The translations under genes were made by a program, and so were the position numbers. The notes below the pieces were generated by a model. The model searched no databases, was not told the DNA's origin, and saw nothing but the letters and a program-made list of their open reading frames with translations. A stretch of 64,000 nucleotides of DNA from Rhina ancylostomus (lineage: Eukaryota), in assembly GCA_030265395.1 (NCBI GenBank), contig JARFYF010000094.1:71901628-71965627 (forward strand), in the 5' to 3' direction. This document shows positions 39,010-51,530 of this stretch, in pieces. How positions within the stretch are numbered: the stretch's first letter is position 1; the number at the start of each line of letters is the position of its first letter.

Positions 39010-41811
39010 CTGATGAAAAACAAAAGAAATGAAACCATTTAGCACTACAACATTCAATAATATATTTATTCAACATGTACTGATGGCAACACAACCCATT
39101 TCAACTGTGCTTTAGAAACCAAAACCATTGTGAAGTTCTATGAAATTTGATTGACATTTCTTATTAAAAAGATTCATTCATAAAGTACAGCCAACAAAGC
39201 CAATTGATTATTTATAATCAGCTTTATACTGAAAGAAGTTGGCTATAACTGGGGCCCCAGATTGGAAGATTCAATGATGCACTGAGGGTAGATGGAGGAA
39301 AACCATTTCTTCTAGCTACTGAGTCAAAAATGAAGGCACAGAGTCTCAGGATAAATATTAAACTATTTTGAATTGAGAGGAGAAGAAATTTCATTACACA
39401 CTGCATTGAAATTCTCAACTTCAGAGGGCTGCAGATGTTCAGTCATTGAGTGACTTCAAAGCTGAATATGATAGCATTTTGGATATGGGGAACCTGGGCA
39501 AGAGAGTGGACTTGAGGTGTAGAATCAGCTGTGCTCTTGTAGTAGCAGGGCAGCCTTGAGGGCTTCATTGGTTTGCTTCTATTTCTTATAAAAAGTGCCA
39601 AAAAAGAATTCTGTCAGATATCAAGTTCAAAAACACATTAAATAAAGCAAGTATGAACATGATTTATATTAATCAAAAAAGACAGTGGAACTCACTCAGC
39701 CTGTGGAGGGAACAGATTGTTAAACACACACTTCAGATATAGACATTTTAATCAAATGTGAAAGAAACTGCACATTAACAAACACTATAAAGGAATTGGA
39801 CAACAGGGAAGGAAAGTGCAAAAAGTACAGGCACATAATACACCCGTATTTGCATAGCCATGTCTGTGTTTTTCCACATTTTCCACACTGTTGTCTCCAC
39901 CCTGTACTTCAGCCTGCCTTTCAGAGTTCCTTTCTATTGCTTTAGTTCTTTGAGCATTATTTGTGTATTGACCACATACAGAAATTCATCCTCTTGTAGA
40001 ATCTTAATGTGAGATGCAGTAATGTCCATGGAGTTAGTTGAACCTAATTTCAGAAGAAGAGTTCAAAAGCAAAAAATATAGCATCAATTGTTTTGCATGT
40101 AAAGCAGAAGATGAAATTCTACCCATATGCTCTAGTTTTTTTGATTTTTCTTTATTTCTCAAATTGTCTGATGTTACCATTTAGCCATCAGTTGTTTGCT
40201 CCTTAAGCATTTGCACATGGCTATATTTTCTCTATTGCACTGCTCCTTTAGAAACTCTCATCATTTCTAATTCCTCGGTATTCTGATGAAAGCTCTGCAT
40301 CTGAAACATCTATTTTTTTTCTCTTCACAGATGATGCCTTCCCTTAGTATAGTCACGTCTTTCAATATCCAACTTTTTAAAAAATTTATTTCTCTGAGAC
40401 TGCTCCTTGCCCTATTAAAATAGAACAAGAAATAGCCAACTGTAGAACTGAAAATGTATTTGACCAGACCCTAAAATCAAATGAATTAACTACAAAAGTC
40501 AATAGATGTGAAACACAAGGGCAGATGGAACTAAGTTGTGCATTTAGCACTAGTTTTGCTTGTGCTCTTCTTCAATTAAAAGAATATTGTGCCATGTACT
40601 ACATATTTTATTAACAGCATAGTTGAATTATGGATATTGAACACTTAAAACTCTTTATTGTATGATAATCTGAAATGTTTGTTGCAATTTTCATGTTTGA
40701 TACCTACCATTTTGTCTATCTGTCTATGCTGCAGATCAGATTATTGATTGCCCATTTTATGTATTTAAACGATTTTTCTAAAATGTTGGGAAGGAATAGA
40801 AATATTGGTGCCAAGTGGCTGGAGGAAGGTACCTGTATTACCAGCATTAGGAGCATGATGGTAACCTAAGGTTTGGCCAGACTGCCCGAGTGACCTAAAG
40901 TTTGGCAACCAAAGCATAAAAACAATGGTTGACATTCCAGCTGGAAGTGTGATTCAAATTGTAATCAAAAGATGTGATGATGAAGTGGGACTTAAATGCA
41001 CTCTGCATTCTCATTCTCATGTATCTTTTTTTTAATATATAAATAGGCCAGAATTTACTGCCAGCAGAAAATCAATTATATTTGCTGATTACTCACATGG
41101 TAAACACAGGCTTACTTTTTGTTGATCTGCTGATCAATGCTGTCCTGTTTGAAGATGCCAAGGCCCTGCACTGCAGCAGAGACTTGTGCAACACAATGGG
41201 TGGGCTACAGCATGCCTGTATACAAAACAGCTGGAAAAACTTCAACAGCTGGCTAAACCATACCTGGGTTATCCTGTTGTCAGGGAACCCTGAATATTTC
41301 TGAGGGTCCCAGAATTCAGCAACATTAAAAATCAAAACAAATACATCTTTAAGAAAAATACACATTAACACAAATAATAAATAACATTTTAAGTTGCCTA
41401 GCTCCCTCGCAGCTGTTCCACCCTATTCAAATGCGTGGCCTTGTTCCAGAGCCATGGCTCACTTGGCCCAGATTCAGCAGGCAGTATCCAAGAGGAAGTA
41501 CTAGGAAACTGCAGCAAACTTTTGCTCTGCTGCAGGACTTCATGAGTTGCCCAGTGTCAGAGTGCTCTCCAGTCAGGGAAACACCAGTGAGGAGCTGCCA
41601 GCATGTTCTGGACTTCTATGTGCATATGGGAATCCCAAATTTGGCGACATATAAGCAGTGAATTGCTGTCATTTGGAATGGACTTTCTGCCCTTTATTAC
41701 AAGTTTATTCTCAGTTACTACATAGTCAGAATTTGTAAAAAAAAGTGTAATATTCTTCAGATTCATACGTTACTGTGGAAATACTCTGCTACTGAAAGAG
41801 TGTATCTGCAC

Positions 41812-41949
41812 CTTGGTAACAAATAACCGGAGAGCTCCAAATACATGTTTCAAAGCAACTGTCGACTGATTGACTTGCAGGAAGAGCAAGTAAGTGTCAA
41901 AGACCTTCTTCATCATGGAATTCTGTCCATCATCCTGTTGCAGTTGTCT
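41812..41949 (-). CDS. DOCK10: DOCK10 exon
   Basis: cag|RQLQQDDGQNSMMKKVFDTYLLFLQVNQSTVALKHVFGALRLFVTK|gtgcag, 138 nt. Confidence 0.95.
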
Positions 41950-42477
41950 CTGTTAAGTCAGATAAAAGATTAATTGGTGTGTGCTAGTGGAAAATGTATA
42001 GTTCTACAGACTACAAATTACAATGATTACAAATAATAGCAATACTTGCAAATTGAGCATCCCAGCAATTAGTTAATGATATATTATGCAACATTTAAAT
42101 CTACATTACATCCATGCAAATACAAGTAATATAATTTCACTATGAGGCATGGATAAACTTCTGCTACCAAAGATAAAAAATAACTTTGTCTTTGTTTAGT
42201 TACATAGAGCAGATAACTTAGGGTTTAAAAGGGGACTGGTAGAAATGGAAAGTTGAAATTTGCAAAAGCAACACTTGGGATTGTTTGAAACATATGGTTT
42301 TCCATAGCTTCAGCTTTAAACAATTGTCATTTAGTAGAAAAGCATTCATCATGTGCTATGTATAATTAAAGCTGTAGTTCTATATCATCGCCAAAAGTAT
42401 ATCTTTAACAGCATCTGTAGTGCATCGATATATTTGGAATTCATCCATCAAACAAATATGGATGTCATTATCACTAC

Positions 42478-42593
42478 CTGATGGTTCTGAGTGAAAAGAC
42501 AGATGATTTCCAGCACTGTGATACACACTTCTGTTGCAGTATTCGCTTCTACATCTATGAGATGCAAGGTATCTGTCTCAATAGGAGCACCAT
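42478..42593 (-). CDS. DOCK10: DOCK10 exon
   Basis: tag|xAT-GAPIETDTLHLIDVEANTATEVCITVLEIICLFTQNHQ|gtagt, 116 nt; EANxATEVC motif. Confidence 0.93.
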
Positions 42594-44524
42594 CTAAATA
42601 AATGGAAGATCAGAAGCAGTTATTATAGGAATACAAAGTTGGGATTAATTTCTTATATGTGTCAATTAATACAGAGTAATTTTCTGACAGTAAATAAGAC
42701 CACAAGTCAACTGGAGTCCATTATTAACATTGGGCTTATTCTGCAAACTTTTCTTCCCCTAGCAAGACTTCAAAGCTTCAGTGGGTGCTGTAGAAGCAAG
42801 ACAGCAAGTTAAAAAGTTTAAAAAGTTAAAATTTCCTCCAGCAGTTTATGTTTTGCTTCAGATTCCAACGTCTGCAGTTTCATGTCTCCAGTTAAAAAGC
42901 ATTATTACCCATATATTTTAAACATTTTACAGAGAATGAAATAACATAATTGTTCAAAACAAAAGCAGAAATAACTTACCCCCTTGAAAAAACTATTTTT
43001 TGAACAATTTTAAAAAAGCATGGAATCTTGAATGAATTACTGAGGGAATTAGACTATGCACGACAAACTTAATTATGATCAAACAAATCATTCACCTGTA
43101 ATTATGGCTAAGGACATTGTTAAGAGCATAACTGCAGCTCCTTGTTGAACAAAGTATTAAACTTTTTTATATAGTGAGAACATTATTAAAAATTAAACTT
43201 CACCTCAATTCACTGATGCCACATTCATAGCCATAATAAATACTGTCAACAAGCACTGTGTGTAGGAGCAGGAAACCATTGATAACAACTGATGGATTTT
43301 GATGTTTAATTATATATGTGTATGAACAATAGAACTCACTGCTAGTTTTGCAGTATTAAAGTGGTAGCCCTAACTATCATCTTCATTGCAAGTTCTGATG
43401 CATTGAATTAAATTGGAGAAAACTGAATGTTTCAATCTATTTGCCTTCTAGGGTTCGTAGACAGTAAAATATAATAAAATCAGCAGGAGTTGAGAATGAT
43501 ATGCTTCAGCTGATGTACGTTACAAAAGTTAGTATTAACTTTTAATCATGGATATAGCAGGATACAGAAAACAAGAGACTGACCAAATGCAAAACAAACT
43601 TCTCTTGGCTGCTTAGCTGAGAGACATATTGCTGAGAAGTCCATTCCCAGCAGTTACAACACTCTGCATAAACTGCATTGCAATTTCATTCTTCTAAGTC
43701 TCAGACCATATTAATTTTGAACATGCTAAAGATTCAATTTATCCATTGCCTCAATACCACATACAATTCCTAACATTTCTGTGCACCATCAAATTTTCTA
43801 ACTTCACTCTGTTTGCATTCCATTTGATAATCCCATTTCAGTACTTTAACCATCTTGCCCATGCACTGGAATTCTCCAAACTCACAGACATTTTCCCCAT
43901 CTTCAGAAATAGTCTAAAATCTTACTCATTTAGCCATGCCTATACATGGCTTCCCAAACACATNNNNNNNNNNNNNNNNNNNNNNNNNNNNNNNNNNNNN
44001 NNNNNNNNNNNNNNNNNNNNNNNNNNNNNNNNNNNNNNNNNNNNNNNNNNNNNNNNNNNNNNNNNNNNNNNNNNNNNNNNNNNNNNNNNNNNNNNNNNNN
44101 NNNNNNNNNNNNNNNNNNNNNNNNNNNNNNNNNNNNNNNNNNNNNNNNNNNNNNNNNNNNNNNNNNNNNNNNNNNNNNNNNNNNNNNNNNNNNNNNNNNN
44201 NNNNNNNNNNNNNNNNNNNNNNNNNNNNNNNNNNNNNNNNNNNNNNNNNNNNNNNNNNNNNNNNNNNNNNNNNNNNNNNNNNNNNNNNNNNNNNNNNNNN
44301 NNNNNNNNNNNNNNNNNNNNNNNNNNNNNNNNNNNNNNNNNNNNNNNNNNNNNNNNNNNNNNNNNNNNNNNNNNNNNNNNNNNNNNNNNNNNNNNNNNNN
44401 NNNNNNNNNNNNNNNNNNNNNNNNNNNNNNNNNNNNNNNNNNNNNNNNNNNNNNNNNNNNNNNNNNNNNNNNNNNNNNNNNNNNNNNNNNNNNNNNNNNN
44501 NNNNNNNNNNNNNNNNNNNNNNNN

Positions 44525-44644
44525 ATTATATTGGAGGCATCCATCATCTGCAATAGTTTTGGGTGTGATAGAGCATTTTTTCCACGTATTATAGGCATGG
44601 TTTGTGACCTTCCATGCCTGTGGCCATCATGGCCTGAATGTATC
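44525..44644 (-). CDS. DOCK10: DOCK10 exon, 3' end and donor lost in assembly gap
   Basis: cag|(W)IHSGHDGHRHGRSQTMPIIRGKNALSHPKLLQMMDASNI..; runs into N gap 43964-44524; next exon requires phase 1. Confidence 0.88.
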
Positions 44645-44784
44645 CTGGCAAATAAAAAGAGATAATAGCATTTGAATACAAATGCTTTATGTCTTTTTTA
44701 AAAATGTCTGCATTTACCTATCATGTTCTTTATCTTATTCTAAATTAATACAAACTTATTACACTAAAATTTAAATCTCAACAG

Positions 44785-45315
44785 AGTCATAGTCATAGAG
44801 TTGTACAGCAAAGAAACAGGCCTTTCAGCCCACCATATCCATGCGAACCATTTTCTTTTCTACACAAATCTAATTTGCCTGCATTGTCCATATCTTTCTA
44901 TGTCTTGCTGATTTAAGTGTCTGTCAGACTGGCTCTTAATCGTATCTGATTCCACAACGTCCTCTGGCTGCACATTCCAGATATCAACCACTCTCTGTGT
45001 TAAAAAAACTTACCCCTAATATCCCTCTTAAATCTCCTTAAAAGTATACACTCTTGTTTTTCATACCCCTATCATAGGAAAAAGATTTTGATTTTCTACC
45101 ATATCTATATCTCTCATTATCATACATACTTCTGCAAGGTCATCCTTCAGCCTTCTTCACTCTAAGGAAAGCAAGCCAGCCTATCCATTCTCTCCCCATA
45201 ACTAAAGTCCTTCCATTCAGGGAATATCCTGCTGAATCTCTGCGGTCTCTCCAGTGCAATCACATCCTTCCTATTAGTGAGGCAACCAGAATTGCACATA
45301 ATACTCCAATGTTTT
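44785..45315 (-). mobile_element. CR1 3' fragment
   Basis: RKDVIALER..FSYGERMDRL on the - strand; tail aaacaggcctttcagcccacc. Confidence 0.8.
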
Positions 45316-45589
45316 AGGAAAATAAGTCTTGTCTTCCTATTAACCTTCTCAATTACCCTAAACTTTATGGCAAATGCATTTGAAATGTGAAATTGAGATG
45401 TAATGATTAAGTTAAGCATAATAGCTGTAAGCAGTTCAGGAACATCTTCCATGCTCGCATGTTTGTTTTTGCAAATCACTTGAGGAATATATGCTTTTAA
45501 CTCACCCTAATGTTGCTACCTCAACTAATCATAACATTCATTTGATTATCTCATGAGGCATTATAATAATAGACCAAGAAAGTTGTTAC

Positions 45590-45691
45590 CATTGAGAGAG
45601 GAGGCCAGAACTTTGAGGAGTAGGGTTAGATCCTTTAAGAGTTCCATTACTTTGGCTGGCTTGTGCGAGTTTGGCTGCAGCAGCTAGCTTC
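45590..45691 (-). CDS. DOCK10: DOCK10 exon
   Basis: cag|(R)KLAAAAKLAQASQSNGTLKGSNPTPQSSGLLSQ+TG|gtaac, 102 nt, phase 2-2; NGTLKGSNP is DOCK10-like. Confidence 0.92.
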
Positions 45692-45893
45692 CTGATTTAA
45701 TTAAAAACAATAAAATCAAAGTTGTGCATGACAACAAGAACAAAAGAGAACATGGAGACAAATTAGGAGAAAAAATTAGTTACATAAAGCAACACCATTT
45801 TTCAAGATTTTTAACAAAGCAAACATGAAGGTTTTGCAACATGTACTTCACCATCTGATAAGTGAAAATCTACTTGAAAACATGATTATTCCT

Positions 45894-46369
45894 TCTGGCT
45901 TTTATTTCTCTTATAGCCAGGAGGGCTGTGTCACTTCAATGGAAGGAAGTTACTCTGCCTACTCATGCTCAATGGTTACAGGATGTTATGTCATGCCTGA
46001 ATCTAGAGAAGGTCCGTTGTTCAATTCTTGAAACTAACTTAGACTTTCGAACCCTGTGGGGTCCTTTTTTGAATTATTTTCAAAACCTTTGATTTGGTGA
46101 CTAAAATACAGACATTGGCTGACATTGTTACATTTCAAAGGTTTTTTGTTTTTTTAAAAATCAAACAGCTTCAGTTTTTGGTAGTGGGAGTAGATATTTA
46201 TAAAATATTCCAATTTTTCCCTTTATTAACTATTACGTGTGATTATTAATTTAGAATATTGTGATCCAAAGTATGATTTAAACACAATATATTCAGTAGT
46301 ATTTTTACTTTTTTAATGTATGTACTCCATTTATTTTCATGGATTTAATAAAAATATTGTAAAGAAAAA
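45894..46369 (+). mobile_element. L1-clade LINE, 5'-truncated: ORF2 C-terminus plus 3' UTR
   Basis: 45895-46092 reads LAFISLIARRAVSLQWKEVTLPTHAQWLQDVMSCLNLEKVRCS...LWGPFLNYFQNL*; AATAAA at 46347 and A-rich end; TT|GAAAA site upstream. Confidence 0.8.
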
Positions 46370-47054
46370 GGTAGATCAGTGGATCTGAGTCCATGGCCAG
46401 ATCAGGCATAATCTCATTGAATGGTGGAGCAGGCTTAGCAGGCCAGATGGCCAACTCCTGCTGCTATTTCTTTTGTTCTTGTGTTCTAGCAAGGTACTTT
46501 TAACAATCTAATGGAGGAATTGTAGATGCACAAAAATGAAAAGTATAAACAATATTATTGAACGAGATCTTGGTGTGACAATAGAAACATTGAATCTACT
46601 GGTGTGCAAATTATGGTGATAGCAAAGGGATCAAGGGATTGTGGAGACAAACTGTAGTTATATGGGAGATTTTGATACTCAGGAGGACTACGGAAAAGGG
46701 ACAGTTGGAGTAGGAGACAATTCATTTCTTGAAATTACTACAGGTGGTTCTTAAGAAAAAGTAGCTGCAGATGCTGGAAGTCTGAAATAAAGATAGAGAA
46801 TGCTGGAGTGTGAGGGAATTAGTGGAGGGAAACATTTTGGGTTAATGACCTTTCATTAAAACAGTTAAGATCATGTTCTGATGAAGGAACATTGAGATGA
46901 ACCAACAACTGTTCTCTCCAACAGATGCTACCTCACCCATTGAGTAGGTCCAGTGTTTTCTGATTTTATTGAAGTCTTCTGGAATGTGTTTAGAACTGAC
47001 CTGAAAACAGGCCAGATAGAAAAGGCTAGAGTGAAGCAGAATGTAATGAAAGGG

Positions 47055-47850
47055 AGATACAAGAGACTGCAGATTCTGGAACCTGGAGCCAAACACAAAC
47101 TGCTGGAGGAATTCAGCAGATCAGGCAGCATCTGTGGAGGGTAACGGACAATCAATGTTTCAGGTTGAGACTCTTCAGAAAATTGGCAAACAGTAACTAG
47201 AATCACAGAATAAAAGGGCTTACAGTTGACGACCATCTTGTTCATTGTCTGAGTGTTAAAATCCAACCACAGTGAAGACTGTACAATTGAATGTCACAGG
47301 TTTCCTTGTCTGTCCACAGACCCAGTTGATGGGTGGGGATATGAGGAGGAGTGGTGAGGTTGTCAGTAATGGGTCATTGTGGAGCAAGCCAAACCCACAA
47401 GTAATTGAGTAGGACCAACCTTTCTTATTGGAAAGGAAGGATTGGGGTGGTGCTGGACAGGATGAGTGACAATGGGAAGCAGCAGCCTGGATAGTTGGGT
47501 CAGATGGTGGGGTGTCACAGATGGGGAGTTGAGCTGGAGATAAAGGATGTTGTCGATGGTGGGAGGGAGGACCGCTGAGCACAGCATGGGGGAGAACCTG
47601 AGGCTTCAGGTAAGTTTCTTATTCACCCGGAGGTCTCCCATGTGGGCACTGTAGGATTTAGACCCTGTCGTACATGTATGATGGCATCCCCAGCACAATG
47701 TGGTCCAGGTTCGCTGCAGTCCTCCCAGAGGAGCATTGTAGGGAGAAAACAGTGTCACATGTTGGTCCTTGATGTGGAAGTTACATTAGGGTGGGAGTGC
47801 CAGGTGAATCTCACAATTACTGTAAGTGGACCCAGACATGGTCAAAGTTT
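47055..47850 (-). mobile_element. Penelope-like element remnant
   Basis: Terminal motif gagactgcagattctgga..ctgctggaggaattcagc..atgtttcagg followed by a G-rich decayed body. Confidence 0.55.
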
Positions 47851-48237
47851 GATCTGCTCTCATTTAAATTGATTTTCTTCTCTCCTTTTGTTCATTTGCA
47901 GGATGTGGGCTGCAGTGACAGCACTGGCATTTAATAATGATCCTAAACTGCTGCTGGAAGGAAGAAGTAGGTAAGAGTCAATGACATATGAGAACTGAAG
48001 AAATAGAAGCAGGAGTAGGCCATTCAGCACCTTGCATCTGCTCCACCATGCACCTGGTCCTCCTTCCTATAATGAGGCGACCAGAACTGAACACAATACT
48101 CCAAGTGTGGTCTAACCAGAGTTTTATAGAGCTGCAANNNNNNNNNNNNNNNNNNNNNNNNNNNNNNNNNNNNNNNNNNNNNNNNNNNNNNNNNNNNNNN
48201 NNNNNNNNNNNNNNNNNNNNNNNNNNNNNNNNNNNNN

Positions 48238-48544
48238 TGAATTATTTTCAAAACCTTTGATTTGGTGACTAAAATACAGACATTGGCTGACATTGTTACA
48301 TTTCAAAGGTTTTTCCTTGTTTTTTTAATTAAACAGCTTCAGTTTTTGGTAGTGGGAGTAGATTTTTTTATAATAAAATATTCCAATTTTTTCTTTATTA
48401 ACTATCATGTGATTATTAATTTAGAGCATTGTGATCTTAAGTATGACTTAATACAATGTATTCAGTAGTATTTTTACCATCTTTTTTGATGCATGTACTC
48501 TGTATTTCTTTTTCATGGATTTAATGAAAATATCATAAAGAAAA
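48238..48544 (+). mobile_element. Second L1 3' end, direct repeat of about 46070-46369
   Basis: tgaattattttcaaaacctttgatttggtgactaaaatacagacattggctgacattgttacatttcaaagg is identical in both copies; the rest is highly similar. Confidence 0.85.
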
Positions 48545-48764
48545 TATGATTATTCCCTCAACCACAAGGTCTACACTTGATGCACTTAGTGTGTAACTGG
48601 TTTAGCTATCCATTGTCATTGCTGGCTAGACATCTGTGTTATGAAGGCTTATTCTCTTATGCCACAGCAGTCTAAAATTCCAGGATCATTCTGGAGAAAA
48701 GATAAATTCTGGCCTTTGTTCTTTTCAGTTAGCTTTCTCCTAAACCTCTTAAGAGTCCGAGAAT

Positions 48765-49405
48765 CACAGAATCAAAGATCCATGCAATCATAAAGCACAG
48801 AAACATCTCTTTGTCCCACCATCTCCATCTTGTCTATCAAGCACCCATCTATACTAATTTACTCTCTAGCACTCAGCCCACACCTATCTATGTCATGAGA
48901 TTTCAAGTACTGGTTAAATGTTGTGAGCATATCTGCCTCCACTATTTCCTCAGCCAGTGAGCTCCAAATTTCAAATACCTCTGGATGAAAAAAAATCTTC
49001 CTCAAATCTCCTCTAAATCTCCAACCTTCACCTTAAACTTACACCCTCTTGTTATGGGCACCTCTGCAAGGGGATAATTTTCCTGCCATCTAACCTATCA
49101 ATGCCCAATAATCCAGTCTCCTCCCAATCTTCTCTATTCCAAAGAAAATAAACCCAGTCTATCCAGTCTCCCTTCATAGCTGAAACATCCCATCCGAGGT
49201 AACATCCTGGAGAATCTTTCCTGTACCTTCTTGAGTGAATTAACATCTTTTTATCAGGTGGCAATTTTATCACATGTAGTACTCCAGCTGTAGCTGAATC
49301 ACTATTTTCTACTGTTGCATCATAACCTCCTGACTCATGAAGACAAGTATCCCATTTGCCTTCTTAACCACCTTGTCTACCTACGATACCACCTTTAGGG
49401 ATCTT
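48765..49405 (-). mobile_element. Old CR1 fragment
   Basis: Decayed CR1 ORF2 3' end and tail on the - strand. Confidence 0.7.
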
Positions 49406-50063
49406 GCCCATTATACCTTCTTTCCTGAGCTCCAATAACATTGGTCAGGAAGCTATGGAGGTTTCTTTCATTACTAATGACTCTTCCCACTGTTCCATTC
49501 ATTTGTTCTTTCCAATAATATTTAATATTGTTGACCCAATTGCAATTTAATTTCTTCAACTTTCTGCCTATTTTATCATTTATCAAATCAAGAGCTCAAA
49601 GGCATGTGATTAGAGACAATTTACAAATTCAAACAATNNNNNNNNNNNNNNNNNNNNACACTAAAGTGAAATTTATAAATTTACTCAATGGCAGAAACAT
49701 AAGGATACAACCATAACATAGGACAACATGACCACAATTTGAATTCATAGGCTGTAAAGTCTCAAAGGCATGAAATGTTCAATAAAAATGAAAGCATTCC
49801 TTGCTCTCTACTGCATCCGATCAATGGCAGTCTAAGCCCAAAGCTTTACATTTACACTCCATATCTCCACCTCTATTTTCTTCTTTAATCTGCACTCAAA
49901 AAACAAGATTTTAACTGAATTTTTAGTCATCTGCCACAATATCACTTTATTTGATGTGGTATCATTATTGTTTGGAAGTTCCCTTGTGAAGCAGTATGGG
50001 GGCATTTTACATTACAGTTGTAATTGTTGGTCTACAAACTCAGAGTGTTCTGTATTTAATTAC

Positions 50064-50111
50064 CTTGCCACTTGTCTCTTTCCCAGAAATTTGAAATGTT
50101 GAATACAAACT
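50064..50111 (-). CDS. DOCK10: DOCK10 exon
   Basis: cag|(E)VCIQHFKFLGKRQVA+AG|gtaatt, 48 nt, phase 2-2. Confidence 0.92.
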
Positions 50112-51001
50112 CTGAAAGAAAACAAAGAAAAGAGCTTGAAGCAGAAATGATCAGTCCATGTAATTTTTCTAAAAAAAAAGATGTCTGTGCTTTCAGTTTT
50201 GTATTTTTATTCTGGAAGCCTAGAGTTATGTCAAGAATTTGGCACACATTTAATGATGAAGAAACAAACGGATGCACACATCCCCTGCCTACTTGCGTGC
50301 TGTTGATGTCAGTGTCATTTAATTCACAGCTCTGGTTTAGAATTTTCAACACTACATATCAGGATTTGGAAATGGTTATTTACCCCTTGGAACTACTTTT
50401 TTTTAAATTGGGTACTGATTTAACATCATGCAGAGTTTAATGATAGAATCATTTATTCATTTACCATTTATTAGAAGAAATAAGTGCAATGTGTGGAATG
50501 CAGTAATACTTCTCTTATCGATAGATATTTAGATCTTACTGAATTCCTTTTGTTTCATATATTTATCTCTTCAGAGACTTCAATTGTAACCATATCTTTT
50601 AACCCTATATCTGTTTCCACTCCATTCCAAGGTGAGCAAGAAGAAAGTATGAACCTGCAGATATTGTCATTTTGTCAATGGCAACTAAGAGATTCTCTCT
50701 ACCTTGTGAAACATATCCAAAACTCTCTTTAATATTATCATGTATTGGCAGAGAAATCACTGAGTTGCTGTGCAAGGAATGGCAACAAACCTATAAATAC
50801 ACAGAAGGTTGATACAATGATGCAGTGGGCAAACATCCTGTTTCAGATCTAAATACTTCACAGAGCTACGGCATGACAGATATTTGAGACAACCCTTAAC
50901 ACATATCTCTCAAATCCCTGTTTACAATTCCTGACTGAGATTATTCTTTAGTGCTTATCAGGTAACTGAAACTAACTGAGAATTGAATGTTTTCCACTTA
51001 C

Positions 51002-51068
51002 TCTAAAATATTGAAGAAATCTGTCAGTTCCGAATATGGTGATTTGGACCAGTAGGCTTTAAGAGTCT
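51002..51068 (-). CDS. DOCK10: DOCK10 exon
   Basis: cag|(E)TLKAYWSKSPYSELTDFFNIL+GA|gtaagt, 67 nt, phase 1-2. Confidence 0.93.
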
Positions 51069-51412
51069 CTGAAAGAAATATACACAGTATTTTTCTGTGA
51101 AATATAAATACATATTATAAATGTTCATTATTCTAAGGCTGAAATTCACAGTCGCGTATAAAACTGTTCTTTCTGTCTATAGCCATTTACTTATTCATCA
51201 TATGCAGTTACATAATCAATGAGGGGATCTTTGCAACCAAAGTGATTGCAGTCAAGGGAGAAATTATATATTTTCCCCTTTGGTTAAATGTTATAAAACC
51301 ACTATATTTAAACACAATGAAATTACAGTACCAAATAAATTCATCAATGAGTAACAGAAAGGAGCCAGTTGTCTGAGGCTCTGCCACATAATGTCAGGAA
51401 ATTGAGACTTAC

Positions 51413-51530
51413 CCTCAGAAATAGTTTTCATGATGTGAAGGAAACACGTGAGCAGACTTTTCATTTCATCTTGATCTAATTTGTCAAATCGAGTAGCAGA
51501 TCCAATTAAAGATAACGGTCTTGAATAAGC
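51413..51530 (-). CDS. DOCK10: DOCK10 exon
   Basis: cag|AYSRPLSLIGSATRFDKLDQDEMKSLLTCFLHIMKTISE+G|gtaagt, 118 nt. Confidence 0.95.

Noticed and set aside
43746-44665. Long ORFs in the supplied track (206-282 aa)
   Set aside because: Artefacts of translating N runs; the same applies near 13.1, 26, 32.4, 48.2, 52 and 57.4 kb
50703-50759. 57-nt pseudo-exon between two phase-2 exons
   Set aside because: In-frame TGA, weak acceptor, no homology
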